64,000 nucleotides of DNA from Convolutriloba macropyga (Eukaryota). The number at the start of each line of letters is the position of its first letter. The first letter of the stretch is position 1. The stretch is taken from NCBI RefSeq assembly GCF_964194025.1, contig NC_134469.1, positions 26,474,001 through 26,538,000 of the forward strand. The letters are read 5' to 3'. Under the pieces are notes generated by a model, which did not search any database, was not told where the DNA came from, and saw nothing but the letters and a program-made list of their open reading frames with translations. Position numbers and translations under genes: made by a program. Of this stretch, positions 62,451 to 64,000 are shown one piece after another.

Positions 62451-63486
62451 TTCACCAGCTAATCCGTAAGCCCTAAATGTGTGTGATCAAGAAAATAGTT
62501 ACACAGAATTTGAGCTGCAATGGAGTGAGTCCTCATTTAAAATGATAAAATCTAAAGCTTCTTTTAAAAATGATCAAATATTTTATTTATAGTGCCCTAG
62601 TTGCGCAAAAAATCTATATCATCAGTGCTCTCATTTTGCTTTTTTAAAAACTATTAATATCTCTAGCTTCGATAACCAGTAGAAATGTGGTTTCAGTTGT
62701 TATAACCGGCACGTAATTTAGTTGTTATTATTTTCTGACTTTTAATTACTGAAAACACTCCCAAGTGTACTTAATAAACTGTTTCGTGAATTATTATAAT
62801 TCATCAGCTCCGATGAAGGAAAAATTTGATGCGTTTTAACATCAACTCTACTCTACTTTGCACTTATTTGGCAACTGTAACCTTTTAATGGTTCCTTTAA
62901 ATTTGCTCCGCAAATACAATAAGTTAGTTCAAAGTGCATCTGATCTCTGATAATTGTTTTCATCTGCAAAGTACCTAACGGCCAGTTATTGTTTAACTCT
63001 GACCATTTTGTCACGCTCGACTCTTGTCTGGCAACCATTCGCGAACATATTTTGCTTTCTCGTGATAAGACCAGCAAATTAAATCTGAAACAATGTTTTT
63101 CAGTACTTCAATATACTAGCATCAATTGAAAAGCAAAATCTTTAATCGAATAGAGGGTTGGATTTTCAAAGCAAATCGCACAAAGTAAATTATTCTGACA
63201 TTAGCAACGCTAGTGAAACATAATTACCAATGGCCACATAATGAATGACCCGATAAACCGCAAATTCCCGTGGGCAATAGACGTCAAAATAATTTCGAAA
63301 ACATTGAAAGGAACCGTTTGCCAAAGCAGTTGGCACAGCTCTATAGCCTACCCGAGAAACCACAATTATTATTGTTGCCACTTGAAATCACTTTTTGGGG
63401 TTATTTTTCAAGGAAGACGTCCTGAAATTGGTACATTGAGGAAATTGCAATTGACACAACAACTTATAAAATGCTATTTTTGGTAA

Positions 63487-64000
63487 ACAACAACCAAAAA
63501 AAGGATGTGATTCGCTTGACAGAAGCAATGAAAAAAAGAAAAAAACGATGCTACTCGTTTATGGACTTACGCTGAGAGACGCATCTTACCGACAAAACAG
63601 AAAACTGCGATTTATTTACGAGATTCTAAGCTTTTGAACAATCAGCAAAACAGCCCTCAGAAACATCAATATATGTTCAAATTGTGGAATGCAAACCATC
63701 TCCAGTTAATTTAAAACTGGATGCGCCGGTCAGTTCCGTTAATCACACTGAAACACAATCTAGCGTTTCAGTAGTAGAAACAATTCAGTCAGAGCAAAAT
63801 TACGCCCGACTGTTAGACAAAATCATGCTTAACAATTAATCCAAGTTCACCAGCTAATCCGTAAGCCCTACATGTGTGTGATCAGGATAATAGTTACGCA
63901 GAATTGGAGCTGAAATGGAGTGAGACCTCATTCAAAACAATAAAATCTAAAACTTCTTTTGAAAATGATCAAATATATGATTTATAATGCCCTAGTTGCG
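63487..64000 (+). repeat. Diverged duplicate of 61790-61850 plus 62152-62605, lacking about 300 bp
   Basis: Collinear matches, e.g. GACTTACGCTGAGAGAC, CACACTGAAACAC, CAGCTAATCCGTAAGCCCTA, GCCCTAGTTGCG. Confidence 0.85.

Overview
Eukaryotic (invertebrate-animal-like), AT-rich, repeat-dense genomic DNA with two spliced host genes on the + strand. One is the last five exons of a CDK12/13-family kinase (362-5555). The other is a complete six-exon DNase II (plancitoxin-like) gene (27227-55642, about 412 aa) whose introns are inflated by transposons. Between them lies an 11.8-kb Polinton/Maverick-type element (8464-20236; 6-bp TSD ATTCAG, AGTAGT termini, ~180-bp TIRs). It carries decayed protein-primed PolB and RVE integrase genes and several small genes, but I can find no capsid, packaging-ATPase or protease genes. 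Each of its ends contains a ~125-nt fold-back palindrome, and a duplicated membrane-protein gene starts with adjacent PSAP and LYPxL (ESCRT late-domain-like) motifs. Two related CR1/L2-type LINEs carry 2A-like (DxExNPGP) ribosome-skipping motifs preceded by hydrophobic leaders. Also present: a third, older LINE; a young BEL/Pao LTR element with apparently identical LTRs; decayed Ty3/Gypsy remnants; MITE-like elements; satellites; and two N gaps. All calls come from manual reading and translation; boundaries of decayed elements are approximate.
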